Below are positions 33,817 through 45,283 of a stretch of DNA of 62,666 nucleotides, piece by piece. The stretch's first letter is position 1. Each line of letters opens with the position of its first letter. Where the stretch lies: NCBI GenBank assembly GCA_004431415.1, contig QPMI01000329.1, positions 1 through 62,666 of the forward strand, written 5' to 3'. The notes beneath the pieces were generated by a model. The model did not search any database, was not told the origin of the DNA, and worked only from the letters and a program-made list of their open reading frames with translations. Made by a program: the position numbers and the translations under genes. The stretch comes from Cyanophora paradoxa CCMP329 (Eukaryota > Plantae > Glaucophyta).

Positions 33817-35446
33817 TTATACTGTGACATTTTTAATTTGATCTATTTGACTTTGGAGATTTTCACATGTTTGTGTTAAATCTTTGCATTTCTGGGATAA
33901 CTCCTTCACTGCTTCAATGAGAACCGGAATTAAACCTGTGTATGCAAGGGTTAAATAATTTTCGTGATTTTTACCTACTACTTCTGGTATGACTTTTTCG
34001 ACATCTTGCGCAATCAAACCTAAATTTACTTTCTGTTTTTCATCACCAATCTTTTTATAACTCACACCCTGTAATTTTTCAATTGCTGAAAGGGCGCCGG
34101 TAATATTTCTTATATCTGTTTTATATCTACGGTCGCTTCCTTGTGTAAGCCATCCCCAAAAGTAAGCGTTACCATCATTATAAAAAGCTTGCATTGTTAT
34201 ATCGATTCCATTTCTAAAATGGATCATTTCGTAACCATAACCTTTAATGTATGTAGTTGATGATGAACCGAAATAAACTCTCCCATTACCTTCATCTGAT
34301 GTTATCCAAGTTCCGGTTGCCCAAGTTGTGCGAGCATCTTTACTAAAAACGTTATCCCAACTTATAAAACCATTTGCTGGTGCTGTTCTTCCTTTTTCTT
34401 TTGTCCATCCAATCATATCAATGTGACATCTCCCTTTTCTTGCAACAAATCTTACATGGGAGAATGTATCACAATGGAAAGAAGTCCATGTTAAGCCATC
34501 ATGCCAATCTGAATCGTAATTATTTGAAACGGCTTGGTAACAATTTACCCTCATAATGTGATGCCACCTCCCACTTCGATAGCCTCCAATATCGAAATAT
34601 CTGCAATTTGTCCAACACATATACTGAACATGACATGTTTTCATATTGGCTGGGACTTCAATTTGTGCATAATCTGAACTTGTTTGATCATCTACATTGT
34701 TGCTATAAAATCCATCAATGGGATTAGTGTAAGAAGGAACCCAACCTCCTGTCCAAGATCCAACATAATAAAGACTGTAACTACCATGTCCACTCCAAGT
34801 ATCAAAACCTGTAATGTTTCCAATCGAATTGGTGACATCTGTTAATGATAGATAGGATGTAGGTATATTTGGCTTACTGTACACATTATTCCAATGAATA
34901 TAACCAGTGTGACCACCATAGCTATGCCCAACCCATATTTTCATGAAACTAATACCCATAATGTGAACCCTTCCAATTCTTGCTTGAATTCGAATTCTTA
35001 CAAATCGGTTTCCTAGGAAGATGGGGACATTATTCACACCACTATGGTTATCATTTGCAGACCCTGCATAAGGGTGATAATTGTTGACAGTTGTTATGAA
35101 AATCGCATTGCCTTGTCGATTAATTCCCCAAATCTCGAAAATTCGTGTGTTGCCCCATGGTAAATGAGTCAGAAATGCTGACCCTGTGTGTAATCCATCG
35201 GGTATATTGTATTCAATCCAAGCGGAGAGGTTTGGTCATCCACTTCATTATTGTATGCATGCCCACCATAATTAAAATAGGGTTCCCAAGCTGAACCATA
35301 ACCGAAATTCCAACCTCCAGAATAATTATATGGAGAACTACCTGCAACATATGCATCATTTGAGTGAAGCTTAGGAACAGCGTTGCCATTTATTTGGAGA
35401 TTTGTAGTAGCATTTATAGTGGTTGCTGTAATGGTATTATTTAAAT
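33817..35446 (-). CDS. Viral fibre/spike-like protein with a C-terminal Peptidase S74 (intramolecular chaperone) domain; 5'-truncated and frameshifted upstream of 35037
   Basis: SDRRYKTDI...LQGVSY...LGLIAQDVEKVIPEVV...YTGLIPVLIEAVKEL followed by a coiled coil. Internal repeats (NNEVDDQTS / SNNVDDQTS; GYIHWNNV / GFISWDNV) link ORF 35169-35446 to the same gene. Confidence 0.82.
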
Positions 35447-35597
35447 CAGCAGCGCCCTGTTCGCCAGGTAAATAATGTGCAGGAAGATGTTGACGAAAAT
35501 GTGTCAAATGAAACCAACTCTGGGTACTTGGCTCGGGATAAAAGAGTGTATACTAAGCAGGAGCTCATGCAACTTCGCCCTAGGGAGGGAACAGTGC
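35447..35597 (+). mobile_element. 150-bp fragment of a family 1-related Ty3 Gag/protease junction
   Basis: RQVNNVQEDVDENV...KRVYTKQELMQLRPREGTV aligns with RRVNVVESEADNV...KRIYVAQEMLRLKP...GTV at about 21300-21455. Confidence 0.65.
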
Positions 35598-36046
35598 CAC
35601 CCACACAAAACAGCAGGAGGAACAGAGCGCTGGAATTCGCCAGAGCACTCTGGCAGGTTTGCATGATAGGGAGGGGTGTTAGTTTTCTAGTTTCAAGGTT
35701 GGGTGCGGGGCTGCCCCGATTGCCCCCCGAAATCTCACAGGGGTCCCCACCCACACGAAACAGCAGGCAGGGGGCGCTGGGATCCGCCAGAGCACTCTGG
35801 CAGGTTTGCATGATAGGGAGGGGTGTTAGTTTTCTAGTTTCGAGGTTGGGTTCGGGGCTGCCCCGATCGCCCCCCGAAATCTCACAGGGGTCCCCACCCA
35901 CACGAAACAGCAGGAAGGGAGCCCTGGGATTCGCCCCAGCACTCTGGCAGGTTTGCATGATAGGGAGGGGTGTTAGTTTTCTAGGTTCGAGGTTGGGTTC
36001 AGGGCTGCCCCGATTGCCCCCCGAAATCTCACAGGGGTCCCCACCC
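35598..36046 (-). repeat. 147-bp satellite, about 3 monomers
   Basis: Monomer match. Confidence 0.95.
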
Positions 36047-36514
36047 TTCGGAATTCGAGTAATTCCCTACACAGTCAACTTTCCAGCTTTGCTAGTCCAT
36101 CATATGACAGATCGCTATGGTCGTTTTGTTGACGCAAATGGAGTTTATGAGCAGTACAGAAACCTCACCAATGTCCAAGGACGTTTCATTGCCCCTTTCC
36201 TAGAGGATTTCAAAGAGTCGCTGCCATTTGCCCAAAATGATACTTCGCAAGGATGTAACTTGCCGCAATACTTCAGACGTTCTATTGGTGGCGAAAAAGT
36301 ACCAATTTTTTATTTTCAAGGACTTTCACATGATGTGGGCCTCTTTCCGTACTGGAGTCATTTACAGTATGTTCTTGGAGAAATCTTTTGTTTTTTTTAA
36401 TACAATCAACATAATATGATTTAAATAGAAGGAGTCTCTGGGGAAGGCCAGCATCCCCCTGGATGTTTCCTAGAAATCTTTCTTACCAACTCTGTTCTGC
36501 TCCATCCCTTACTC
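36047..36514. other. Unassigned unique insert, coding-like on the + strand to 36400
   Basis: Non-satellite with an open frame; no family recognised. Confidence 0.4.
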
Positions 36515-36829
36515 TCCCCGTGAAATCTCATACGGGTCCCCACCCTCACTTTTGGACAGGCAGGGTGGTGCTGGCGTTCCCCAGAGCCTCCCTGGGGTTG
36601 GTTGGTGGGAAGAGTGTTGCTCTTCTAGTTTCGTGCTTGGGGCTGAGGCTCCCCAACACCGCCCCCTGAAATCTCATACGGGTCCTCACACTCGCATATG
36701 GACAGGGAGGGCGGTGCTGGCGTTCCCCAGAGCATCCCTCTGGGTTGGTTGGGTGGAATGAGTGTTGTTTTTCTAGTTTCGTGCTTGTGGCTGGGGCTCC
36801 CCAACACCACCCCCTGAAATCTCATACGG
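36515..36829 (-). repeat. Diverged satellite subfamily B (about 147-bp period, 2 monomers)
   Basis: gaaatctcatacggg at about 36522, 36668 and 36816. Shares landmarks with the main monomer (ccagagc, ttctagtttcg). A piece also occurs at about 48812-48855. Confidence 0.8.
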
Positions 36830-36969
36830 GAGGGGCGCCATTGTTTGAATACTCCAGGCTTCCACGCCCATCTTGGTCATAAGAAAGTACAAGGCCAATG
36901 TCACAAATCTCAGAAACAACTCTGCTCAAGGGAACAAATCGAGCAAGTTTGAGACCAAGAGGCACTGTT

Positions 36970-38650
36970 GTGTGAGATTTGGGGGGGCGATCGGAGCAGC
37001 TCCTTTCCTGCTGTTTCGTGTGGGTGGGGACCCCTGTCAGATTTCCGGGGGCGATCGGGGCGGCCCAAACCCAACCTCGAAACTAGAATACTAACACCCC
37101 TTCCTATCATGCAAACCTGCACAGGGGTCCCCACCCACACGAAACAGCAGGCAGGGAGTGCTGGGATTCGCCAGAGCACTCTGGCAGGTTTGCATGATAG
37201 GGAGGGGTGTTAGTTTTCTAGTTTCGAGGTTGGGTTTGGGGCTGCCCCGATCGCCCCCCAAAATCTCACAGGGGTCTCCACCCACACGAAACAGCAGGCG
37301 GGGAGCGCTGGGATTCGCCAGAGCACTCTGGCAGGTTTGCATGATAGGGAGGGGTGTTAGTTTTCTAGTTTCAAGGTTGGGTGCGGGGCTGCCCCGATTG
37401 CCCCCCGAAATTTCACAGGGGTCCCCACCCACACGAAACAGCAGGAACGGAGCGCTGGGATCCGCCAGAGCACTCTGGCAGGTTTGCATGATAGGGAGGG
37501 GTGTTAGTTTTCTAGTTTCGGGGTTGGGTTCGGGGTGGCCCCGATCGCCCCCTGAAATCTCACAGGGGTCCCCACCCACACGAAACAGCAGGCAGGGGGC
37601 GCTGGGATTCGCCAGAGCACTCTGGCAGGTTTGCATGATAGGGAGGGGTGTTAGTTTTCTAGTTTCGAGGTTGGGTTTGGGGCTGCCCCCATCGCCCCCC
37701 GAAATCTCACAGGGGTCCCCACCCACACGAAACAGCAGGCAGGGAGCGCTGGGATCCGCCAGAGCACTCTGGCAGGTTTGCATGATAGGGAGGGGTGTTA
37801 GTTTTCTAGTTTCGGGGTTGGGTTCGGGGTGGCCCCGATCGCCCCCTGAACAGGGGTCCCCACCCACACCAAACAGCAGGAAGGGAGCACTGAGATTCCC
37901 CTGTGAGATTTCGGGGGCGATGGGGGCAGCCCTGAACCCAACCTCAAAACTAGAATACTAACACCCCTTCCTATCATGCAAACCTGCCAGAGTGCTCTGG
38001 CGAATCTCAGCGCTCCCTTCCTGCTGTTTCATGTGGGTGGGGACCCCTGTGAGATTTAGGGGGGTGATCGGGGCAGCCCCGAACCCAACCTCGAAACTAG
38101 AGAACTAACACCCCTTCCTATCATGCAAACCTGCCAGAGTGCTCTGGCAAATCCCAGCGCTCCCTGCTTGCTGATTGGTGTGGGTGGGGACCCCCCGAGC
38201 GCCTCCGCTCCGTCCGGCGAGCCGCGCCGCCGTCCCTGGCGCCTCCTCACCATCCACCAAGTCATGCCGCCAGGCCGCTGAGCTCCGAGGCTGAGCTCCG
38301 CCCGGCGAGCCAGGGCGCCCGGCCCGGCGGCAGCTGCGCGCCGCGCCTGTGAGATTTCGGGGGGCGATGGTGGCAGCCCCGAACCCAACCCCGAAACTAG
38401 AAAACTTACACCCCTCCCTATCATGCAAACCTGCCAGAGTGCTCTGGCAAATCCCAGCACTCCCTGCCTGCTGTTTCCTGTGGGTGGGGACCCCTGTGAG
38501 ATTTCAGGGGGTTAGATTTCCAGGGGCAATGGGGGCAGCCCCGAACCCAAACTCAAAACTAGAAACCTAACACCCCTCCCTTTCATGCAAACCTGCCAGA
38601 GTGCTCTGGCGGATCCCAGCACTCCCTGCCTGCTGTTTCGTGTGGGTGGA
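36970..38650. repeat. 147-bp satellite, mixed orientation, with a roughly 150-bp very GC-rich insert at 38196-38346
   Basis: Plus 36970-37119, minus 37120-37893, plus thereafter. Confidence 0.9.
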
Positions 38651-40431
38651 CATCACGCCGTCGCAGGCAGCCGAATGCGACGCGGTCGCCGAGTTGGCGT
38701 ACTTCCAGAGCGCCTGGAACGCAGCAGCCCTGTTCATCCGCAGGAACCAGCACCACAGCGATCTCCCGCAGGCGCCTCTGCCTTGCGAGAGCGAGGCTGC
38801 GCTGTGTCAGCTTCCCGACCACGCCCTGGAGGCGAAGCGGCAGCAGTATTCGCGAGACTTCTGGCGCACCATGGAGCGTCTGCCGCACAGCATTCAGGAC
38901 GATCCGTTCCTAGCGCGTGCCTTTAGCTGCGGGCAGGCCCGGCCGCCGGCGGAGAACCCGTTCGAGGGGCGCCACAAGTACCAGTTCACGCGCCAGACGC
39001 TCGTAGGCCAGCTCCGCTTCCATGAGATGCAGAAGCGGCAGCAGGAGGCGCAGCAGGTTCGTCAGCTGCAGCAGGCCGCCGCTGGGCGGTTCGTCTCGCC
39101 CACCACCATGGCGCCCGCCCCGCCCGCCCCACGCAACGCCGGCCCGCCGCAGGAAGGTCTCGGGAGCTGCGCTCGCCACCCTTCTCTTGTGTGTCGCTAA
39201 TCGTGCTTCGCGCAGTGCCGCACGCGGAGCGGTGCGCGAGGCCGGACCCGAGCAGGCCGTTCAAAGCGCCACGGAAGAAGGATCCGTGCCAGACCATCGC
39301 TGACCCGCCGCCGCAGGAGTCGGGCGCAGACGACGCGGATGCCGAGGTGCAGCCCCAGCCGGAGGCACAGCCGCAGCCCTCCTCGCCCGCCAAGCCGGCG
39401 GCGAAGAAGGCCAGGGCGTCGGCGAAGTCCAAGACCGCCGGCGGCAGCCCCTCCGCCAGCGAGGGGGAGGGCGCGCCCGCTGCAAAGCCGAAGGCGAAGG
39501 TTCGCACGTCGTTCTGCTTGCTCGGTGCGCGTTCTGACTCGCGGCAGCCCGGGCCCAAGCCCGGAAGCTGCACCTTCAGCGCCTGCAACTGCATCGGGCC
39601 TGCCTTTCTCCCCCCGCAGCGCGAGGAGCAGGAGACTCCCGCCACCGACGACGAGCCTCAGTACATCGACTGTGCGAGGGACTGCAACGATGAGGCCGTG
39701 CGCCGCGACCCGCAGCGACCCCCCGTAGCCCTTAATCGAAGTCCGCAGGGCATCATCTTCAAGCTCTGCCTCGAGACCTCGCCCACCTTCCCCCGCGCGG
39801 AGCCGGTCGAGGATGGCGTCAACTCTCAGGACTTCAAGCACTTCTATACAACGGGCGAGGGCGGCGTGCCGCTCTGGACCGTCATCGGGCGCATCGCAAA
39901 GGAGAACGGGATCGGGCTCGGGATCCCTGCCCTCAACCAGAAGATCAAGGCGTACAACCTGCAGCTCAGCCGAACTTCGCGCAACAAGAAGCACCTGACC
40001 ATCAAGCCCGCGCACCTCGGCCTGAGCGATGAGCAGCTGAAGGTCGGCCTGAGGAAGCTCATTGACAGGGCGGCCAACGTCCGCAGCAGCACGAAGTGGA
40101 GCGGTGCGCCCTACCCCCCCCTCCTTCCCGCCCCCTCTCCCCTCCCATCCCTTACCCCTTAACCGCAGGGCGGACTCCGGTGTGGCCCGAGTGGGTCGTG
40201 CTGGGCTCCACCTTCGCAGACATGCTCGCGGGCGTGAACCACGCGACGGCGGAGGGTGAGCCGGACGACGGCCCGGACGTCGACTCCGAGCTTTGCGTTC
40301 TCACCGAGGTGCGTCACCTCCCCGCAGCCTCTTCGAGCCTGATCTCCCCCGCAGGACGAGCCTCGCGATCTGGCGGAGGCCGAGTCGCAGTCCAAGGCCG
40401 CGGAACGCAAGGCGCCCCGCACCCCCGCCAA
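38651..40431 (+). pseudogene. Fragment of a GC-rich, intron-containing eukaryotic gene of unknown function
   Basis: GC3-rich exons separated by short GT..CAG introns with CTRAC-like branch points (e.g. about 39157-39214, 39500-39548, 40103-40168, 40309-40354). Both ends abut satellite. Confidence 0.65.
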
Positions 40432-40919
40432 CCCACCCACACCAAACAGCAGGAAGGGAGCGCTGGGATTTGCCAGAGCACTCTGACAGGTCTGCAGAAC
40501 AAGGGGGTGTGTTCCTTTTCTAGTCAGGTTTGGGTTCCCGACTCCCCCCATCACCCCCCGAAATCTCACAGGGGTCCCCACCCACACAAATCATTGGGCA
40601 GGGATGGCTTGGATTCTGCAGAGCACTCTGACAGGTCTGCATGACCAGGGTGGTGTTCGTTTTCTAGTTTCAGGTTTGGGTTCCCAGCTCCCCCCATCAC
40701 CCCCTGAAATCTCACAGGGGTCACCACCCACACAAATCATGGGGCAGGGATGGCTTGGATTCTGCAGAGCACTCTGACAGGTCTGCATGACCAGGGGGTG
40801 TGTTGCTTTTCTTATTTCAAGTTTGAGTTCCCGACTCCCCCCACACCAAACAGCAGGCAGGGAGCGCTGGGATTCGCCAGAGCACTCTGGCAGGTTTGCA
40901 TGATAGGGCGGGGTGTTGG
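40432..40919 (-). repeat. Satellite subfamily C (ctctgacaggtctgca variant, about 147-bp period) flanked by canonical pieces
   Basis: Three recurrences of cactctgacaggtctgca about 146-147 bp apart. Confidence 0.8.
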
Positions 40920-41261
40920 CCGAGCTGGCGAAGCGCATCCCCGACATCGTCGACAAGCAGGACGCGGTGCGCGCTTGCTCTTTCCCCCCTTAAAGCCCCT
41001 CAAGGCCGGCTGCAGCTGCTGACCCCCTCCCTTGCCTTAGACCAATGCTACTGCTGCTGGGGAGGAGGAGACCAACGTCTACCCGCCGATCACGGAGCTG
41101 ATGGTGCTGGCGGAGTTCTGCAAGCTGAAGGGCGTGGACGCCTTCAAGAAGGCAGTGGGGCTGAACAAGCCCAAGAACTGGGCAGTTGTGATCGTGAAGC
41201 TAGAGGCAGCTCGCAAGGCAGCCCACCAGTGGTACCGCCAGTACAGCGACAAGACCATCTA
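40920..41261 (+). pseudogene. 3' end of an intron-containing gene (intron about 40967-41040; ends ...WYRQYSDKTI-stop)
   Basis: gtgcgc...gctgac...cttag intron, a coding-like last exon, then AT-rich sequence. Confidence 0.5.
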
Positions 41262-41371
41262 AATATATAAAAATACATACACATTTCGTTTTTTTCGACT
41301 TTTCATTTAGATCTCGATAGCTAGCAGTTCAAGACTTGTCATGTTCTTGAGAATCTCATAATAAAGTTTAG

Positions 41372-41575
41372 CCTGATTCTAACTCAATTCGTCCTCGCAT
41401 TCGAGATCTGCAAACTATCAACTCTGCCTATTCCCATGGTGCCCCTGGTCCTGATGGCATTCCTATCGGCATCTTCCAACTTGATTCAGCCCGCTGGGGC
41501 ACTTTGTTATCGTCCGTCTTTCAAGATATTCTGTCGGCGGGGTTCCTTCCAAACTGCATGCGACAGCTTAAGCGT
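41372..41575 (+). mobile_element. Non-LTR retrotransposon (LINE) ORF2 fragment
   Basis: Manual translation GAPGPDGIPIGIFQ...LLSSVFQDILSAGFLP matches the APGPDG motif that precedes LINE RT domains. Confidence 0.65.
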
Positions 41576-41889
41576 GTGGTGTCCAATGATCCCTCTGGAT
41601 CTGGTCGGAAAGGAGTACTCCGCTCATGTTACGTGCATGTCAATCTTTCTAATCACGGACTTCATGTCATCGCTTTCCATATCAATGTTGCCAACCCAGC
41701 TCAGTGTATCTCGTCTTGAGGAGAAATTCTCCAAGTCATTTGGCGTTGTCTACTCCACCTTCAGCCCAAGCAAGGCAGATATCGAGGAGGTCCAGCGTGT
41801 CTTCGAAAACCGTGAATCCACAGATGATTACTTCTTCCAACCTCCTCCCGGGAACGGAAGTTTTGTGCACACTTCTGAGTACAAGGGTC

Positions 41890-44800
41890 CTGATTCAGTA
41901 GATATCACTGCGTCCGAAGCTGTTCTCCAGTCTTCTTCTGATGATTCAAGTAAAAGAGTTTCAGATTCTGTTGTAAATAACTCGACTCCATTAGATAGCG
42001 ATAAAAAGAGTTCTGTATTTTCGCAAGCAAGTTCTGTACCAGTATCTTCGGTTGATGAAGTGATTTTGAAGGAGATTCGGGAGCGATTTGGTGATAATGT
42101 TGCAAGCCTTATTTCTCCATGCAGTGTTGGTTCAGCTGATGATAATCTTGATGAGAGGAAGCTTATGTGGGATTTCTTGGCGAGGAAGCATGAAGTGTTT
42201 GCTGAGGGTCAATGGAAATATGATGAGTCCAGACCTGGTCCTCCTATTGAGCATAGCATTGACACTGGAGATGCAAAACCGTTTGCTGAACCTCCAAGAC
42301 GTCTCTCTTTTGACCAGCGCCAAAAGATTGTTCAAGAGACTCAAAAGCTGATTGACAGGAATTTAATTCGTCCTTCTAGAAGCCCTTGGGCCGCTCCAGT
42401 GGTCCTTGTGCGGAAAAAGGATGGCTCATATCGTTTCTGCATCGATTACAGAAGGCTCAACAGTGTTACCAAGGATGATGCATATCCCTTACCAAGAATT
42501 GATGATGCTCTTGAAGCTCTTTCTGGATCCATATATATTTCTGTTGCAGATTGTGATGATGGATATTGGAATGTCAAGATGAGTGAGAAGGACCGGCCGA
42601 AGACAGCTTTTAGGACACCAACTGGTTTGTATGAGTGGAATGTCATGCCTCAGGGCCTCAAAACGGCCCCTGCGACATTTCAGATGTTGATGAATGGAGT
42701 GTTAGGAGCATACCTTTACATCTTTATTCTTGTTTATCTTGATGATATATGTGTCTTTTCCAGGAGTCTGAAGGAGCATTTCGAACATCTTGAATGGGTT
42801 TTTGATCAGCTGATTGCTGCTCACCTGCGGTTAAAAGCACGCAAGTGTCGTTTCTTCAAGGCTGAAGCTGAGTACCTTGGATTTGTTGTTTGCCGAGAAG
42901 GAATCAAGCCGTGTGACAGCAAAGTTCAGGCTGTGAAGAATTTCAAGACTCCAACATCTGTATCAGAAGTCAGGTCTTTCTTAGGTTTAGTGAATTACTA
43001 CAGGGTCTTCATACCTTCATGTGCAATCATTGCTTCTCCATTGTATGATTTGTTGAAATCCAAGAATTTGTTTGTATGGGGAGAATCACAAGACTTTGCT
43101 TTCCGTAAGCTCAAGGAGTTATTGTGTTCCTCTCCTATTCTTGCATATCCAGATTTCAAGAAGCCTTTTATCCTCAAAACAGATGCTTCGAAAACTGGCA
43201 TTGGTGCTGTGTTGTCGCACTGGATGACAATGGTCAGGAGCGAGTCATTTCGTTTGCTTCTAAGACACTCACCCCAGCTGAGTGCAAGTGGAACAAGGAG
43301 GTTGTTATTGCACATGCTGCTGAGCCATTATCAGATAAGCAACAGAAGTGGACAGTTACTGAGCAAGAGTTATATGCTGTTTACTGGGCTGTGACTAAAA
43401 AGTTCTCACATTATCTGAAAGGCCCCAAGTTCGTCATCAAGTCGGATCACAGTGCTCTCCAGTATATGAAGTCGAATAAGGAGTTCCCAAATGCTCGGAT
43501 CGCCCGCTGGATTCTTGGAATGCAGGAGTACAATTATGAAATTTCGCACAAATCTGGTACCCTGAATGCTGATGCCGATGCACTTTCGAGACTTGTGAAG
43601 CGAGTTGTTGCCAAGATTGAAGAGTTGTCTCTCATTTCCCCTATCATTCCCATCCCTATTCTTGTGAATGCAGTTGAGCTTGATTTATCTCTTTCTGCTT
43701 CTGATATTAGAGCTGCTCAACTTGAGGATCCGTTGCTCAACACCATTATCAGGTATCTTGAAGATGATGTGCTTGTCCTTCCTGAGGGCGTGGACAAGTC
43801 AGTGGAGCGAACTCTCAAGAGTGGGAAATTCGTACTGAAGTGTGATGTTCTTTGTTGCCAACGAACTGGATCTGATTCTTTTCAAGTTGTTGTTCCGTAC
43901 TCCATGACTCAACAGGTTCTTCGGGCTCTTCATGACAATTTCGGACATCCTGGAGTGACCAAGTTGATCGATCTTGTCTCATCTCGTTACTATTGGAAGA
44001 ATTTGCGTCGCGATGTCTATGATTATGTTCGGAGCTGCCACAAGTGTCAGTTGATTAAACCGAAGCCAACCTCTTCAAATCTTCCGACTGTACCTGTGGT
44101 TGCTGATGCTCCTATGCAACATATCGAGATCGACATCGTTGGACCATTTCCCAAATCAAGTCGTGGAAACAAGTACGTGGTGACAATTGTCGATGTTTTT
44201 ACTCGATGGGGCACCGCAGTGCCTGCACGGTCCAAGTCGGCCACTGTCGCTGTTCGCGCACTTTTCGAACATTGGATCCCTGAACATGGAGTTCCTCGCA
44301 AAATCTCTTCTGATCGTGGCGGAGAATTCGATAATCTCATTCTGCAAGAGTTGGAACGGATCTTCGGAATAAAACATGTTTTCGCTGCTCCTTATCATCC
44401 CCAATCGCAGGGTCTCGTGGAAAAGTTCAACGATGTTCTCGTCACTCGCCTTCGTTTCTATGCGGAACAGAACGAGAAGCAATGGGACTTGTTCATTCCT
44501 TTCGCCTCGTTTGCGATTCGCAACTTCAAGAATCCATCTACTGGATTCACACCTTTCGAGATGTTGTACGGTCGACAGTGTACGCTTCCTACTGATTTGT
44601 TGCTTCAACCTGATATCACTGTCGGCAACTCTGTCTCTACTCACGCTGCTCAACTTGGTCGTCGGTTCTCGCGTATCTACTCCGAGGCTAATCTGGTTCG
44701 GCAAGCTCGACAGGATGCGCAAGGGCAAGCTGACTCACCCTCGGGTGACCCGTTGTTCGTTCAAGGTGAACTGTTCTGCGTCAAGACCCCTTCGACTCGT

Positions 44801-45055
44801 TTGCGCAAGATGGACCCCAAGTTCACTGGTCCTTGGGAGATCGTTGCTGATGCCTCTCGTGGACATGGTGTGTCCTATGTGGTTCGATTTGTTGGTGGTG
44901 ACGACAAGCTTGGCTATTCTACCGGTGACAAGGTTACGGTTCATGCTAATCGTCTCATCCCCTACGCTGAGCGTGATTGGGTTGGCCAGCGAGGACGTGG
45001 CCCTCTCAACTACGGAGCGAAATGTTGTATCTCAAACCCAAACTCCCCCTCGTAG
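41890..45055 (+). mobile_element. Ty3/Gypsy pol region (RT, RNase H, integrase); frameshift near 43219 and chimeric within RNase H
   Basis: SPWAAPVVLVRKKDG, FCIDYRRLN, YLDD, KTDAS; HDNFGHPG...CHKC; IDIVGP, SDRGGEF, YHPQSQGLVEKFN, KFTGPW. The left boundary is approximate. Confidence 0.92.
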
Positions 45056-45283
45056 GGTAGCCCTGTGCCTTGTGTGTGGTAGGGAGTTGGGGGCTTGTAC
45101 TGGCTTCTGGAATAAATACACGAGACTCTTGCAAATGACGGGTAAACATGTTCTCCTAAGTGTTCTTTGATCATTTCTGGCCGCAACCCGTCAGCACTAC
45201 CTATAGGAACAGTATGCAATTTCGAAAACTCTTTTAATCTATCTTCATATGGATACTTGCACTCAGGAAGTCCATTGGAAAAC

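Noticed and set aside
35468-35482. 15-nt GT..AG micro-intron
   Set aside because: It reads in frame as VNNVQ and aligns with the Ty3 polyprotein (VNVVE), so it is coding.
45110-45283. Possible non-LTR RT fragment on the minus strand (GSADGLRPE) and possible LTR start near 45023
   Set aside because: The motif is too short, and there is no second LTR copy or clear PPT to support either call.
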